A stretch of 64,000 bases of DNA from Lewinellaceae bacterium (GCA_020636435.1 JACJXX010000002.1:2722921-2786920); one strand, 5' to 3'. Counted from the stretch's first letter, positions 1 through 9,108 are shown. Notes: a model not told the origin generated them from the letters alone. A program made the numbers and translations.

Positions 1-266
1 AAGAAGAATTTAAGGGCAATGGCTGTATAATGTTGAGAGAAGACGCCAGCCTTCAATCCCGGATTGCTTCCCTGCATTATGAATGCTATAAGAAAATAGA
101 AGAGGTGGAACGGGAAATAGAAAGCCGCAGTGAAGAAATCCAATGCATCGTCGCCCGCGAGGGCCTGCTCCGTCATCCTGCTTTTCCTTTTGGCCAAGCA
201 CAACAACCTGAACTATGGGATTATGCCGATGGAGTGGATACCCTGGCTTTTCTCCTGAATCTTTAA
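1..266 (+). CDS. C-terminal end of a hypothetical protein entering from upstream (partial)
   Basis: Frame 3 is open from the window edge to TAA at 264-266 (EEFKGNGCIMLREDASLQSRIASL...). No recognisable motif. Confidence 0.3.
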   Translation, partial: EEFKGNGCIMLREDASLQSRIASLHYECYKKIEEVEREIESRSEEIQCIVAREGLLRHPAFPFGQAQQPELWDYADGVDTLAFLLNL

Positions 267-285
267 TTGCACACAATCCCGGAAT

Positions 286-1353
286 ATGAAATTTTTATAC
301 TTACCTCTGATCCTATTGACTGTCCTCCAGCCAGGGTTTGGGCAAAACGACTACCGGGTCATTGGCGCGGCTCATGAGATCGAGGCATCGATCAGCAGCG
401 ACTATTACATTCAGGCCATTGAAGACCAGCGTGCCTTTCAGGCTAACCTGGGAATTGTCAACCGGGGATTGTGGAATGACCTCAAACGGCAGTTGATCCT
501 GGAAACCGGTTTCTGGGACAGCCTGCTGAAGCAAATGAATGCCTGGCTTTTGCCGCAGGAAAATGCCGAACCGATAGTGGTTAAGGTTCAGGAACTTTAC
601 CTTTGGGAAAACCGGGGAATGAAGGCGGAGCAGGGGTTCATCCGCCTGAAACTTTCTTTTGCTCCTGCCGGCAAAGAGGTGGAAACGGTAGTTGCGGTTG
701 AACTTTCGGGTAAGGAAACGACGGTGCTCGACGGCCATGCCAAACGCCTGGAAGCCGCTTTCTTTCGGTGTTTGCAGCAGTATGATGAGAAACGAAAAAA
801 TGACGGAGAGGGGATAGCCTCTGTTTTTTCGGCTCAGGACGGCGCCGGGAGAGCCGATATCCTGGCGGCCCGCAACTTTTTGAATCTCTGGAAAGGGGAA
901 CTTTTCCCTGCTTCCGGTTCCCTGCGAAATAAAGGCGTGCTATTCCGGTATCAGTTGTATCGCAGGGGCGCGCCGGCGGAGCAACCTTATTATGCTTTGC
1001 TGAGAAAGAATAAGCTGTACCTGTGGGCCGGCAATTACACCGGAGCAGGCGAATATTACACCCAGGTTCTGGAACAGGGCCGCTACCTGTTCCTGATCGA
1101 CGAATTATTTATAAAACAGGGGTCAGAACTGGCGGCAAAGTTAGGCGAGGCTACAAGCAGGGTAGGCATTCTCATCGATATGGAAACGGGCGCGCCTCAA
1201 ATCGTGGACGATGAATTGATGGAAAAGCTGATGAAGCCCTACCCGGCGTTGTCGGAAAAATACCTGTTCAAAGACATTCTGAAATTTCCTTTTCAACTCA
1301 CCAGAGTGCAGAACGTAATCGCGGAAATCAACCAGATGGAGCCGAAAAATTAA
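286..1353 (+). CDS. hypothetical secreted protein
   Basis: 355-aa ORF with N-terminal signal peptide MKFLYLPLILLTVLQPGFG. Amino-acid composition is typical of real coding sequence. No catalytic motif recognised. Confidence 0.7.
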   Translation: MKFLYLPLILLTVLQPGFGQNDYRVIGAAHEIEASISSDYYIQAIEDQRAFQANLGIVNRGLWNDLKRQLILETGFWDSLLKQMNAWLLPQENAEPIVVKVQELYLWENRGMKAEQGFIRLKLSFAPAGKEVETVVAVELSGKETTVLDGHAKRLEAAFFRCLQQYDEKRKNDGEGIASVFSAQDGAGRADILAARNFLNLWKGELFPASGSLRNKGVLFRYQLYRRGAPAEQPYYALLRKNKLYLWAGNYTGAGEYYTQVLEQGRYLFLIDELFIKQGSELAAKLGEATSRVGILIDMETGAPQIVDDELMEKLMKPYPALSEKYLFKDILKFPFQLTRVQNVIAEINQMEPKN

Positions 1354-1355
1354 TG

Positions 1356-1392
1356 ACAGGGGTGGCGCCACTTCCAATGACGCCACCCCTGT
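1356..1392. terminator. perfect 12-bp-stem hairpin between convergent genes
   Basis: ACAGGGGTGGCG (1356-1367) pairs with CGCCACCCCTGT (1381-1392) around a 13-nt loop. It lies between the stop codons at 1353 and 1412. Confidence 0.5.
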
Positions 1393-1411
1393 TGCTTAAT
1401 GAGCAAAGCTC

Positions 1412-2989
1412 TTATTCAAAAACCAATTTTTGCACAGCCACTCCTTCCTTGAACCTCAGCCGCAGGAAGTATATGCCCGCCGAGGCGCCTTCCCTTGGAA
1501 TCGTGAATTGATTGCTGTTCACATTAAAGAAGTTGCGCACCAGCCGGCCGTTTACATCGTACATTTCGATGGTGCGGATGGGATACGCAGCGTCGGCGCT
1601 GATGGCCACTTCTTCAGCGGCCGGGTTGGGGGCTACTTTGAGGTTGAGCTCCGCCGCATCCAGCGTTTTGATGCTGCTGAAGCTGCAGCCCAGGTTCATC
1701 GCCAGGCAGGCGCGGGGGCCGACATAAGCCATGATCGTATCCCAGTATATTTTGGCGCGCTCCGGGTTGGGCGGAGGGTTGGGCGGAACGTTGGGGCTGT
1801 CGGCTGCGTAGTAGTCCCAGGGCTGCTCGCCGGTTGGCCCGCCGTCAAAGGGGAAAGGAAACAGCCCGTTGTAGCCGTCGTTGCGGCTGTCGGCCACTTC
1901 TCTGTAGTCAACAATTCCAGCGGGGACGTTATCGAATAGGTCATTAATGCCCAGTTCATTCAAGCGCGCTTGAATATTGTAAGAGCCGGATACGTCTACC
2001 ACGGCAAAGTCATCTGAAGGGTCAATGGGGTCTTCTCCGGTGCCGGGCACAGTCAGGACGCCTTCGGTGTAGGGGGCGAAAATGTCATTGGGGTTGTGGA
2101 AAGAAATCCAGGGAAATGTATTTTCATCAATCCAGCTGATGTCGCCCAAAGCACCGCCGTTATTGACAACCAGGCTTACATCGGATGAAATGGCGGAGCC
2201 GTCGGCGTAGGTGACGTGGTTGGGATAGCAGAGCGTATCCCCGGCCGGAAGCACCGGGTAACCCGGAGGGACAATACCCACTGAGGTGCCGTTAATGTCG
2301 CCATTAACCTGTTGAATAACCATCGGGACAGTACCGCCTCCCAGGTTGATCAGGAATTTGGGAATAACGATTTCCGCGTACTCGTCAATCGTGGCGACAG
2401 CGGCGGTAATGTATCCGCCGGTGCCTATGCCCCACATGCCGACCTTGTCCGGGTCGATGTTATAAGGATTCCCCCCGTCGACGGCGAGCTTGCGCATGTA
2501 GCGCACCGCGGTGCGGGCATCCTGAACGCCCCGGTAGGCTGCATTGATCAGGAAAAACTTGCGAATATCCTGAGACGGGTCGACCGGGTTCCACCCCAGG
2601 CGGTAGTCTACCGAAGCGGCGACATACCCCCTTTGGGCAAGCCGCGTGCACACCTCTACTACGGTCGAGTCTCTGATCGTTCCTCCCGTCCCGTTGTTTT
2701 GTGGGAAAGGCAGAAAGTTGCCGGTGTGAAAAACCAACATGACAGGGCGAGCGCTGTTGTCGTCTCCTACTGGTTCATAAATGTCCATAATCAGCGGACG
2801 GGGAACTGCTTCCATGGTTTGCTGAAAGAGCACCGGCAGGATAGTCGCATTGACCCCGTAAACCTGATTGGTGGTCAACTGTACATCGTATAGCGCTTCC
2901 AGGTAGGGGCCTTGCTGAGCCCGCAGGGAAACCGCTAATGACAAGATTAAGGTTAGGAATAAAAAGTTAAGCTTCTTCATAGTTAGCAT
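1412..2989 (-). CDS. alpha/beta-hydrolase-fold (carboxylesterase-like) protein with T9SS C-terminal sorting domain
   Basis: 525 aa with a signal peptide. The HSL-like core reads VMLVFHTGNF ... DPDKVGMWGIGTGGY. The last ~80 aa are Por_Secre_tail-like (...GIYFLRLRFKEGVAVQKLVFE). It lies 19 nt downstream of the TonB-dependent receptor gene. Confidence 0.8.
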   Translation of the reverse strand: MLTMKKLNFLFLTLILSLAVSLRAQQGPYLEALYDVQLTTNQVYGVNATILPVLFQQTMEAVPRPLIMDIYEPVGDDNSARPVMLVFHTGNFLPFPQNNGTGGTIRDSTVVEVCTRLAQRGYVAASVDYRLGWNPVDPSQDIRKFFLINAAYRGVQDARTAVRYMRKLAVDGGNPYNIDPDKVGMWGIGTGGYITAAVATIDEYAEIVIPKFLINLGGGTVPMVIQQVNGDINGTSVGIVPPGYPVLPAGDTLCYPNHVTYADGSAISSDVSLVVNNGGALGDISWIDENTFPWISFHNPNDIFAPYTEGVLTVPGTGEDPIDPSDDFAVVDVSGSYNIQARLNELGINDLFDNVPAGIVDYREVADSRNDGYNGLFPFPFDGGPTGEQPWDYYAADSPNVPPNPPPNPERAKIYWDTIMAYVGPRACLAMNLGCSFSSIKTLDAAELNLKVAPNPAAEEVAISADAAYPIRTIEMYDVNGRLVRNFFNVNSNQFTIPREGASAGIYFLRLRFKEGVAVQKLVFE

Positions 2990-3008
2990 TTAGAGTTAAG
3001 TTGCTTAA

Positions 3009-5828
3009 TTATTGTTCATACAAAAAGGAAATATAGGCCAGGCGCCCGACCCGGGGGCCGCCGTAAGTTTGGAATACCTGGTTGTCCAGAATGTTGGTGG
3101 CGCCGACCTTGATGGTCGTGTTTAATTTTGGAATACTGAAATTGACCTGCCCGTCCAGCAACCCGTAAGAAGGAATGAAGCCGGTAAACTGCGGGGAGCC
3201 TTCAAAAAGGAAGCCCTCCATCCATTTGTAATTGACGTTAAAACCCCAGTTCCTCAGCTTGCCGGTCTGTATATTCCTGCCGGAAACGCCGATGTTGAAC
3301 TTGTGTTCCGGCGTGTTGAAGGCCGGAATAATAGGGTCGTCAGATTGAGAGACGATGGCGTTGTAGGAGTAATTTCCCGCCAGGGAAAAGTACGTCGCAA
3401 AATAGTAGTTCAGGCCCATCGAGAAGCCCTGGGTGGTGACTTTGTCCCGGGCATTGGAAGCAAAGCGGAATACCTGCACATCACTGGGCAAAAAGGAACT
3501 GGGGCTTTCGAACTCGGCCTGTATGGCAATATTGTATCCGATAAAATCCCGGTACACATTGTAATAATAGCCGGCATCTACAAAAAGGCGGTTCCAGAGG
3601 GTGGCCCGGTATCCGGCTTCCACGGTGCGCACTTTTTCCGGCTGTATGGGGTCAATGTCGTAATATTCGAGCAACCTGCGCTGCAGAAAGCCGCTGAGGT
3701 AGTCCTGGAAAGACTCCAGCGTAATGACACTGTCGGCGCCATTGAGGTTGCCTGCCAGGGTAGCCGGGCCGACATTAAGCGATAGGTACTGGTCGGAAAG
3801 GGTGGGGTTGCGCACCCCGGAGGAGAAACTCACCCGCATATAGTGGTTGGGTTTTGGCTTCCAGACCACCGAAGCCGCCGGAGTGAATACATGGTCGAAG
3901 TTTTCGTTTTTGTCCATCCGGAGGGTGACATTGGTGCGGAACCTTCCGCCGTCAAACATCTTGTTGATCCCGCCGTATACCCCGTATTCGGAGTTGGTGA
4001 TCTCGATCCCTGCCGTATCGTAAAAGATGGTGCCTCGGGAATCCGGCGTATACAGGCGGTAATTTCCGCCCACGATGAATTCGGCGAACTCGGGGTTAAA
4101 CCGCTTTTCGCCGTGTACGTGGTAAAGAGAGGACTTATCGTAGAACCGGGTGCCTTGCTGGTCATTGTTGAAGGCCGAGGTGATATCGTTGAAAACCTCC
4201 TCAAACTCCGGCGTGCCGGGAATATAGCGCCCCGGCAATCCGTTGGTTTCATTGGGTTTGTTGACGAAATCTCGCGCTCTTTGGTGGGCATCGTTCAGGA
4301 AATCCCGGTTGTCGGCCAGCCATTGTTGCGCGCCCTGGTCATCAAACTCAATGGTCACCTGGCCGGTTGCCGGGTCAAAGATGATGGTTTCCTGGGGATA
4401 GCCCATCATCACCATCGTGTCGGCGATGTTGTTGTCTTCCCACCATTTTTTGTACCGGTTAAAGTAGCTGCCGTCGGATTGAGCGCGCCTTTCCATCCGC
4501 AGGGCTGTAAAATAGGGGTCGTAGCTGTCGCCGGCATCTTCGCGGGACATATAGGCGCGGATGAAAAAATTATCGCGTTTTCTGAATTCAATGCGCGGTT
4601 GCATGAAGGTGATGTTCTTCAGGCTGAACCGGTTGTCGCCCTGGTATACTGTGGTGCCGGCACCGTAACTCATCCCCAGGATCAGCTCCGGCGATTCCTC
4701 CTGAAGTTTCGGGTTGGTGCGGAAATAAACGGAGCCCAGCGCCTTGAAATTGCGGGTGTTGTATTCCACCAGGTCGGCTTCCTGGTAGCCCATGCGGTGA
4801 ACCGTGCCCAGCCCGGCAGCATCGTTGAAAGAATTGGTGGTATTTTGAGTGAAGTCTCCAAACAGGATGTATTCATCGCCATAGGTGTTTACCGCGTCCC
4901 AACCGCCGGGGTTCCCGGTCGGGGTAGGGGTCCCGTCGACGGCGTCTCTGTTTTCCGCTTCCCAGTCATCAGCCTGCAGGTAGGACAGGGTAAATTTATA
5001 GGCTACAGATTTGTCCCCGTCTTTGTTTTTGAAGCTGTCCGCCCAGCGGATTTCGGGATTGAGCAGGTTGCGCTCGCCGACTTTTACCTGGGCGGAGAGG
5101 CCTTCCGTGAAGAAAGGGTTCTTGGTCTCCATGCTGATCACGCCATTGAAGGCGTTGGGGCCGTAAAAGGAAGAGCTTGCCCCCTGGATGATATCTACTT
5201 TCAGAACGTCCAGTTCAGGAGCGCCCAGGAAGTTGCCCAGGGAGAAGTTGAGGCCGGGCGCCTGGTTGTCCACGCCGTCAATAATCTGCAGCGACCGGAC
5301 CGGGCTGGTGCTGTTGAAACCCCGGGTGTTGATGATCTTGAAGCCCAGGCTGGCTGCGGTCAGGTCTACCCCTTTTAGGGTGCCCAGCCCATCGTAAAAG
5401 CTGCTGGCTGCTGTTTCCTTAATTGCCAGCACATCCAGAGACTCTACCGTAAGGGGAGAGGCTTTCTGCTTTTCAGAGACCCGTTGGCCACGGACTTCCA
5501 CAACTTCGGTAGTGATGGATTCTTCTTCCAACTGTGCTTTAATATTTTGATCCGCAGAATTTACAACCAAATCCTGGGCGGCATAACCCACATAAGAGAT
5601 GACGAGGGTGAAAGGGAATGGCTCTTTAGTCCGTATTTCAAATACGCCATCGAAGTCGGTGACCGTGCCGTCGGCTGTGCCTTTAATGATGACGCTGGCT
5701 CCAATGAGCCGGTCTCCATTAACTTTGTCGAAAACGGTTCCTCTGATGGTGGCCTGAGCAACAACCGGCGGCTGGAAACCGACGGCTAAAATAATATTAA
5801 GAAACAATCCCTTAATTGCGAATTTCAT
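3009..5828 (-). CDS. TonB-dependent receptor with N-terminal carboxypeptidase-regulatory-like domain
   Basis: 939 aa with a signal peptide. It has a CarboxypepD_reg-like segment (TIRGTVFDKVNGDRLIGASVIIKGTADGTVTDFDGVFEI), a plug region, and a long barrel with alternating hydrophobic pattern. Confidence 0.9.
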   Translation of the reverse strand: MKFAIKGLFLNIILAVGFQPPVVAQATIRGTVFDKVNGDRLIGASVIIKGTADGTVTDFDGVFEIRTKEPFPFTLVISYVGYAAQDLVVNSADQNIKAQLEEESITTEVVEVRGQRVSEKQKASPLTVESLDVLAIKETAASSFYDGLGTLKGVDLTAASLGFKIINTRGFNSTSPVRSLQIIDGVDNQAPGLNFSLGNFLGAPELDVLKVDIIQGASSSFYGPNAFNGVISMETKNPFFTEGLSAQVKVGERNLLNPEIRWADSFKNKDGDKSVAYKFTLSYLQADDWEAENRDAVDGTPTPTGNPGGWDAVNTYGDEYILFGDFTQNTTNSFNDAAGLGTVHRMGYQEADLVEYNTRNFKALGSVYFRTNPKLQEESPELILGMSYGAGTTVYQGDNRFSLKNITFMQPRIEFRKRDNFFIRAYMSREDAGDSYDPYFTALRMERRAQSDGSYFNRYKKWWEDNNIADTMVMMGYPQETIIFDPATGQVTIEFDDQGAQQWLADNRDFLNDAHQRARDFVNKPNETNGLPGRYIPGTPEFEEVFNDITSAFNNDQQGTRFYDKSSLYHVHGEKRFNPEFAEFIVGGNYRLYTPDSRGTIFYDTAGIEITNSEYGVYGGINKMFDGGRFRTNVTLRMDKNENFDHVFTPAASVVWKPKPNHYMRVSFSSGVRNPTLSDQYLSLNVGPATLAGNLNGADSVITLESFQDYLSGFLQRRLLEYYDIDPIQPEKVRTVEAGYRATLWNRLFVDAGYYYNVYRDFIGYNIAIQAEFESPSSFLPSDVQVFRFASNARDKVTTQGFSMGLNYYFATYFSLAGNYSYNAIVSQSDDPIIPAFNTPEHKFNIGVSGRNIQTGKLRNWGFNVNYKWMEGFLFEGSPQFTGFIPSYGLLDGQVNFSIPKLNTTIKVGATNILDNQVFQTYGGPRVGRLAYISFLYEQ

Positions 5829-6067
5829 GCTATTTGCCTGTCTGGTTCGGAAAATTTATTCGGTTCTCTGCACCAAAATAACAATTTTTCAATGGAATTA
5901 ACCTAGCCTTTACGTAAAATTATTCTGTATAACTTCCACCAGACATTAAGGGTTTTAGTAAAATTCTGATTCTCAACGCATGGCAGGATATTCGGTTTTT
6001 AGTGTTTCTACAGGAAGGTTGAAGATGGAATATGTTGGCCATTTCATATTAGTTCGTTAGATATGGT

Positions 6068-6115
6068 GTGCGGATGTACGAATACACGAATTCACGGATA
6101 CATGGATGTACGGAT
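6068..6115. repeat. octamer word array, 6 units (GTRCGRAT-like)
   Basis: Reads gtgcggat gtacgaat acacgaat tcacggat acatggat gtacggat, with strict 8-nt period. It abuts the left end of the A1 core. Confidence 0.85.
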
Positions 6116-6330
6116 GAGGGTGCTCCGGAAACTATTGATGGCGAAGAATATTTTGTCCACCCCCTAAATCCTCCCGAAACTCGTTCGGGACAGGCTCCGC
6201 CAGCGGGGGACATTTCCTCCGATTCAGGGGTGTGTTTTCCCCCGCTGGCGGGGGGCAGGGGGTGGAGTCCAAATAAAATTTCCCATTATTGGGCACAGGA
6301 GTTCCAAACTAGACTTTCCGGAGTAGCCTC
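6116..6330. mobile_element. family A palindromic MITE-like core, copy A1 (215 bp)
   Basis: Identical to 18076-18266 apart from 3 substitutions and one 24-nt indel. TIRs are GAGGGTGCTCCGGAAA and GAGGCTACTCCGGAAA (reverse complement). It has an internal 14-bp hairpin CCGCCAGCGGGGGA/TCCCCCGCTGGCGG. Flanking direct repeats are ACGGAT and ACGGGT. Confidence 0.8.
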
Positions 6331-6444
6331 ACGGGTACAGGGGTACACGGGTGCACGGGTGCACGGGTGCACGGGTGCACGGGTACACGGGTACACGGGT
6401 GCACGGGTGCACGGGTACACGGGTACAGGGGTGCACGGGTGCAC
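6330..6444. repeat. octamer tandem array (CACGGGTR) x14
   Basis: 115 bp of strict 8-nt period with two CAGGGGTR variants. It ends one base before the complement of the ZIP gene stop codon at 6445-6447. Confidence 0.95.
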
Positions 6445-7182
6445 TTAAAGCAAATCCGCCGCCAAAGCGAGGCTTATTCCCAATAGGATAACACCCATTT
6501 TGGCCCAGGAAACATGGTGTTGGCGGTCGTCATCGGCCTCAAAGAGGATGGTGGTGGAAATGTGCAGAAAAGAACCAACGACAAATCCCAGCAGGTTGGC
6601 CATAGCCGCCGGGCTAAGGGAAAAGCTGCCGGCAAGCAGCGCGCCGAGCGGAGACATAGCGGCGAAGAAGGCCAGGCAAAGCCAGGCCGTTATCCGCCGA
6701 AAGCTGGAGAGCAGCAACAGCGATACCAAAGCAAAGGCAGCGGGGAGTTTGTGCAGCACGATGCCGATTAGCAGATGCTGGTGCCCATGAGCGTGCCCGT
6801 GTTGCAGGGCGTAAAATTCGTCGTAATGGCTGAGCGGCATGCCTTCCAGGAAGGCGTGCAGAGACAAGCCGATCATCACCTGGAGGGCCAGGCTCGACCC
6901 GCTGTGGTGGTGGGCGTGAATGTGCCCGTGTTCGACGCCCTGGGTCAATTGCTCCAGCAGGAGCTGGACCAGAAAGCCGGCGAGTATCCAAAGGCTGGCG
7001 GACGCCTCGGGCACCGAGAACGCTCCCGGCATGAGGTGCAATACCGTGATGCCCAATAAATAAGCGCCACTGAAGGAAAGGACCAGCTTCAGCGTCGCCC
7101 GCGCCTGGCTGTGAAACCGAAACGCCAAAGCCCCACCCAAAAGGACGCAGAAAAAGAGCAGCAAATATTCCCAAATGGCCAT
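6445..7182 (-). CDS. ZIP-family divalent metal transporter (ZupT-like)
   Basis: 245 aa and multi-TM. It has the His-rich loop HGHIHAHHHSG and the HAFLEGM motif. Confidence 0.9.
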   Translation of the reverse strand: MAIWEYLLLFFCVLLGGALAFRFHSQARATLKLVLSFSGAYLLGITVLHLMPGAFSVPEASASLWILAGFLVQLLLEQLTQGVEHGHIHAHHHSGSSLALQVMIGLSLHAFLEGMPLSHYDEFYALQHGHAHGHQHLLIGIVLHKLPAAFALVSLLLLSSFRRITAWLCLAFFAAMSPLGALLAGSFSLSPAAMANLLGFVVGSFLHISTTILFEADDDRQHHVSWAKMGVILLGISLALAADLL

Positions 7183-7213
7183 TCAGGTAGTGTTATGTGG
7201 GTTAAAAGCTCGA

Positions 7214-7314
7214 CTAGTCCAAGCGGCACGAATTAACGGGGCAGTTAAGAGCCCTGGAAACCTGGCTATATGGGCTACCGAAACTGCCCGGTTATTTCGT
7301 TCTAGTCGCACTAG
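7214..7314. mobile_element. family H palindromic element, copy H1 (101 bp)
   Basis: Bounded by CTAG at each end. The last 78 nt match the reverse complement of 34510-34587 with 1 mismatch. Confidence 0.75.
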
Positions 7315-7393
7315 CTCCTTTCCCGGTTTCGGCAAGGCCTGGGCCCGCCGCTTCGTGCGATCTTTTACTATGGCAGGCAAATGGCACTGGAAA

Positions 7394-7447
7394 GGGCTAA
7401 AGGGCGGCCCCTTAGTCCTGCAATTGAAAAGGGCCGCCCTTTAGCCC
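7394..7447. terminator. 17-bp-stem hairpin overlapping the PAP2 stop codon
   Basis: GGGCTAAAGGGCGGCCC (7394-7410) pairs with GGGCCGCCCTTTAGCCC (7431-7447). Confidence 0.5.
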
Positions 7448-8022
7448 TAAAGAACAACGCGCACCGCGTCCCAGCGAAGGTAAACTTTTGCCATTACATA
7501 AGCAATCAAAGAACCAACCAGAGCGCCGAAGAAGACATCCAGCGGATAATGGACGCCGACATACACCTGGCCGTAGGCAATGCTGCCCGCCCAAATCAGC
7601 AGGGGCCAGCGTATGCGCCGGTAGGCCCGCCCCAGGGTGAGGGCCAGAAAAACAGCCATGGCGAAGTGGTTGGCGGCATGAGAGGAGGTAAAACTATAGC
7701 TGCGGCCGCAGCCTACCAGCAGGCGGGTTTCCGCCCTGACCTCCGTGTTCTGGCAGGGGCGCAGGCGTTCTACGCTCTTTTTCAGCACTTTGCTGCTCAC
7801 AATATCGGCCAGGCCTACCGTCAGCCCGACGGCGGCGGCCAGCGCCAACCCCTTCCACTTGTATTTGTAGAACAGGAAGCCCGCCAGCAATACGTAAAAA
7901 GGAATCCACGTCTTTTTATCCCGCCACAAAGGCATGACGGCATCGAGCCAGGGATGGTGCCATTGGCCGTTGATGAGGTGGAACAAATCCAGGTCGAGTT
8001 GCAGCAGGTCGTTGAGCATCAT
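7447..8022 (-). CDS. PAP2-family phosphatase (membrane)
   Basis: 191 aa. The three acid-phosphatase motifs are present: KKSVERLRP, SFTSSHAAN and VGVHYPLDV. It overlaps the upstream methyltransferase stop by 4 nt. Confidence 0.85.
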   Translation of the reverse strand: MMLNDLLQLDLDLFHLINGQWHHPWLDAVMPLWRDKKTWIPFYVLLAGFLFYKYKWKGLALAAAVGLTVGLADIVSSKVLKKSVERLRPCQNTEVRAETRLLVGCGRSYSFTSSHAANHFAMAVFLALTLGRAYRRIRWPLLIWAGSIAYGQVYVGVHYPLDVFFGALVGSLIAYVMAKVYLRWDAVRVVL

Positions 8023-8756
8023 TGCTTGTTTTGGGCCACCAGGATCAACCTAGGGCTTTCCTTCCGGTGAAAAGGCTGAAGCTGGTAATCGCCATAAGTT
8101 TTCTGGATGTCCAGCCCGGCGGCGCTGAACATCCGCTCAAAATCCTCCGGCATAAGCAGGCGGACGCGCTCCTCGAAATGCCAGTCTTTCCCCTGGTCCT
8201 GAAAGTCGATCGTTTTGAGGATGTGCCTGCCCTCTACTCTTTTGTGTATAGCAAACCGTATGCCGTCGATTTCCTTTTCCTCCCTTCCTGTCAGCCGGTC
8301 GGTCACGTATTGGGAGTTGAAAAAATCCAGGACAAAAACACCTCCGGGGCGCAAGCCGATAGCAACGTTGCGCAGGGTTTTGACGTCGTCCTTTTCCTGT
8401 TCAAAATACCCGAAACTGGTGAAAAAGTTGAAAATGTAATCGAAATAATTGGCCCGGAAAAGCTGGCGCATGTCATGGGTAAAAAAGGACAGGTTGCTTT
8501 GTTCGAACTGGCGGGCAAAGGCGATGCTTTGCACGGACAGGTCAATGCCCGTCACCTCGAAGCCCTTGTCGGCCAGGTGGCGGGAGTAGCGCCCTTTGCC
8601 GCAGGCCAGGTCCAGCACCCGGGCGCCGGGCGGAGGAGAAAACGTTTCCAGCAATTGGTCGATGAAGCCTTCGGCCTCCGATTCGTCCCGGTTCTTGTAC
8701 AGGATGTGATAATAAGGAGAGTCGAACCATGTTTCAAACCATTCGGCGGAGTCCAT
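8019..8756 (-). CDS. class I SAM-dependent methyltransferase
   Basis: Motif I is VLDLACGKGRYS. ATG at 8756 gives MDSAEWFETWFDSPYYH. An in-frame GTG at 8789 is an alternative start. Confidence 0.8.
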   Translation of the reverse strand: MDSAEWFETWFDSPYYHILYKNRDESEAEGFIDQLLETFSPPPGARVLDLACGKGRYSRHLADKGFEVTGIDLSVQSIAFARQFEQSNLSFFTHDMRQLFRANYFDYIFNFFTSFGYFEQEKDDVKTLRNVAIGLRPGGVFVLDFFNSQYVTDRLTGREEKEIDGIRFAIHKRVEGRHILKTIDFQDQGKDWHFEERVRLLMPEDFERMFSAAGLDIQKTYGDYQLQPFHRKESPRLILVAQNKQ

Positions 8757-8810
8757 CTGTTGCTGTTTATTAGAGGATGTTTGTATCACCTATGTTGTTT
8801 TTTGCCAGCG

Positions 8811-8818
8811 CAAATATA
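8811..8818 (-). promoter_or_regulatory. candidate Bacteroidota -7 box (TATATTTG on minus strand)
   Basis: Matches TAnnTTTG. It lies 22 nt (GTG start) or 55 nt (ATG start) upstream of the methyltransferase gene. Confidence 0.35.
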
Positions 8819-9018
8819 CCTCGGGAGAAGGGCTTTGCAAAATAGCCCGGCCCCGCTTGTTGGGCTGCCCCATTTCCAGGGGCGGCAAGCCCAAACAAAT
8901 TTCTTATTTTTGCAGGGAGGAGTGGGGCCGGTTTTAGAATGCCATAACAGGCCGCAAGCTTTCACAAAACCAACTTTTAAAAAAAAACTTAACTGTTCAG
9001 CATGAGGCATGAAATACA

Positions 9019-9108
9019 CCTGGCGCAAAATTTTGTAGGCTTTTCTGCTGGAACCCCTTCTCGTTCCCCTCGGGAGGGGAAGGATGGCTTACAAAATTTT
9101 GCGCCAGG
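9019..9108. repeat. singleton palindromic element G
   Basis: CCTGGCGCAAAATTTTGTAGGC (9019-9040) pairs with GCTTACAAAATTTTGCGCCAGG (9087-9108), 21/22 complementary. An inner hairpin TTCCCCT/AGGGGAA is present. It lies upstream of glmM. Confidence 0.7.

Noticed and set aside
3843-5378. Long antisense ORFs inside real genes. Examples are 3843-5378 (+), 9317-10414 (-), 23358-24512 (-), 34595-35629 (+), 54698-55960 (+) and 58504-60408 (-).
   Set aside because: These are typical GC-rich shadow ORFs, with A/G/V/R/H/P-rich composition and no motifs. The opposite strand carries clear family signatures: TonB-dependent receptor, GlmM, SBP, PorP/SprF, Nnr and prolyl oligopeptidase.
6330-6444. Regular arrays at 6330-6444, 47534-47589 and 32095-32320 as possible CRISPR arrays.
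   Set aside because: The units are contiguous 8-nt or 101-nt tandem repeats with no unique spacers. No cas genes are present in the window.
6068-6448. ORFs 6068-6448 (126 aa) and 18049-18318 (89 aa) share a long peptide (EGAPETIDGEEYFVHPLNPP...SPNKISHYWA). They differ by an in-frame 24-nt indel, which could suggest a repeated small gene.
   Set aside because: All three substitutions between the copies are non-synonymous. The shared DNA is a long imperfect palindrome with TIRs and flanking direct repeats. The rest of each ORF is translation of octamer arrays. There is no start context or signal. I interpret them as MITE cores, not genes.
7214-7314. CTAG at both ends of the H elements as a 4-bp target-site duplication.
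   Set aside because: CTAG is itself palindromic, so it can equally be the outermost part of the TIR. With only two copies, this cannot be decided from this window.
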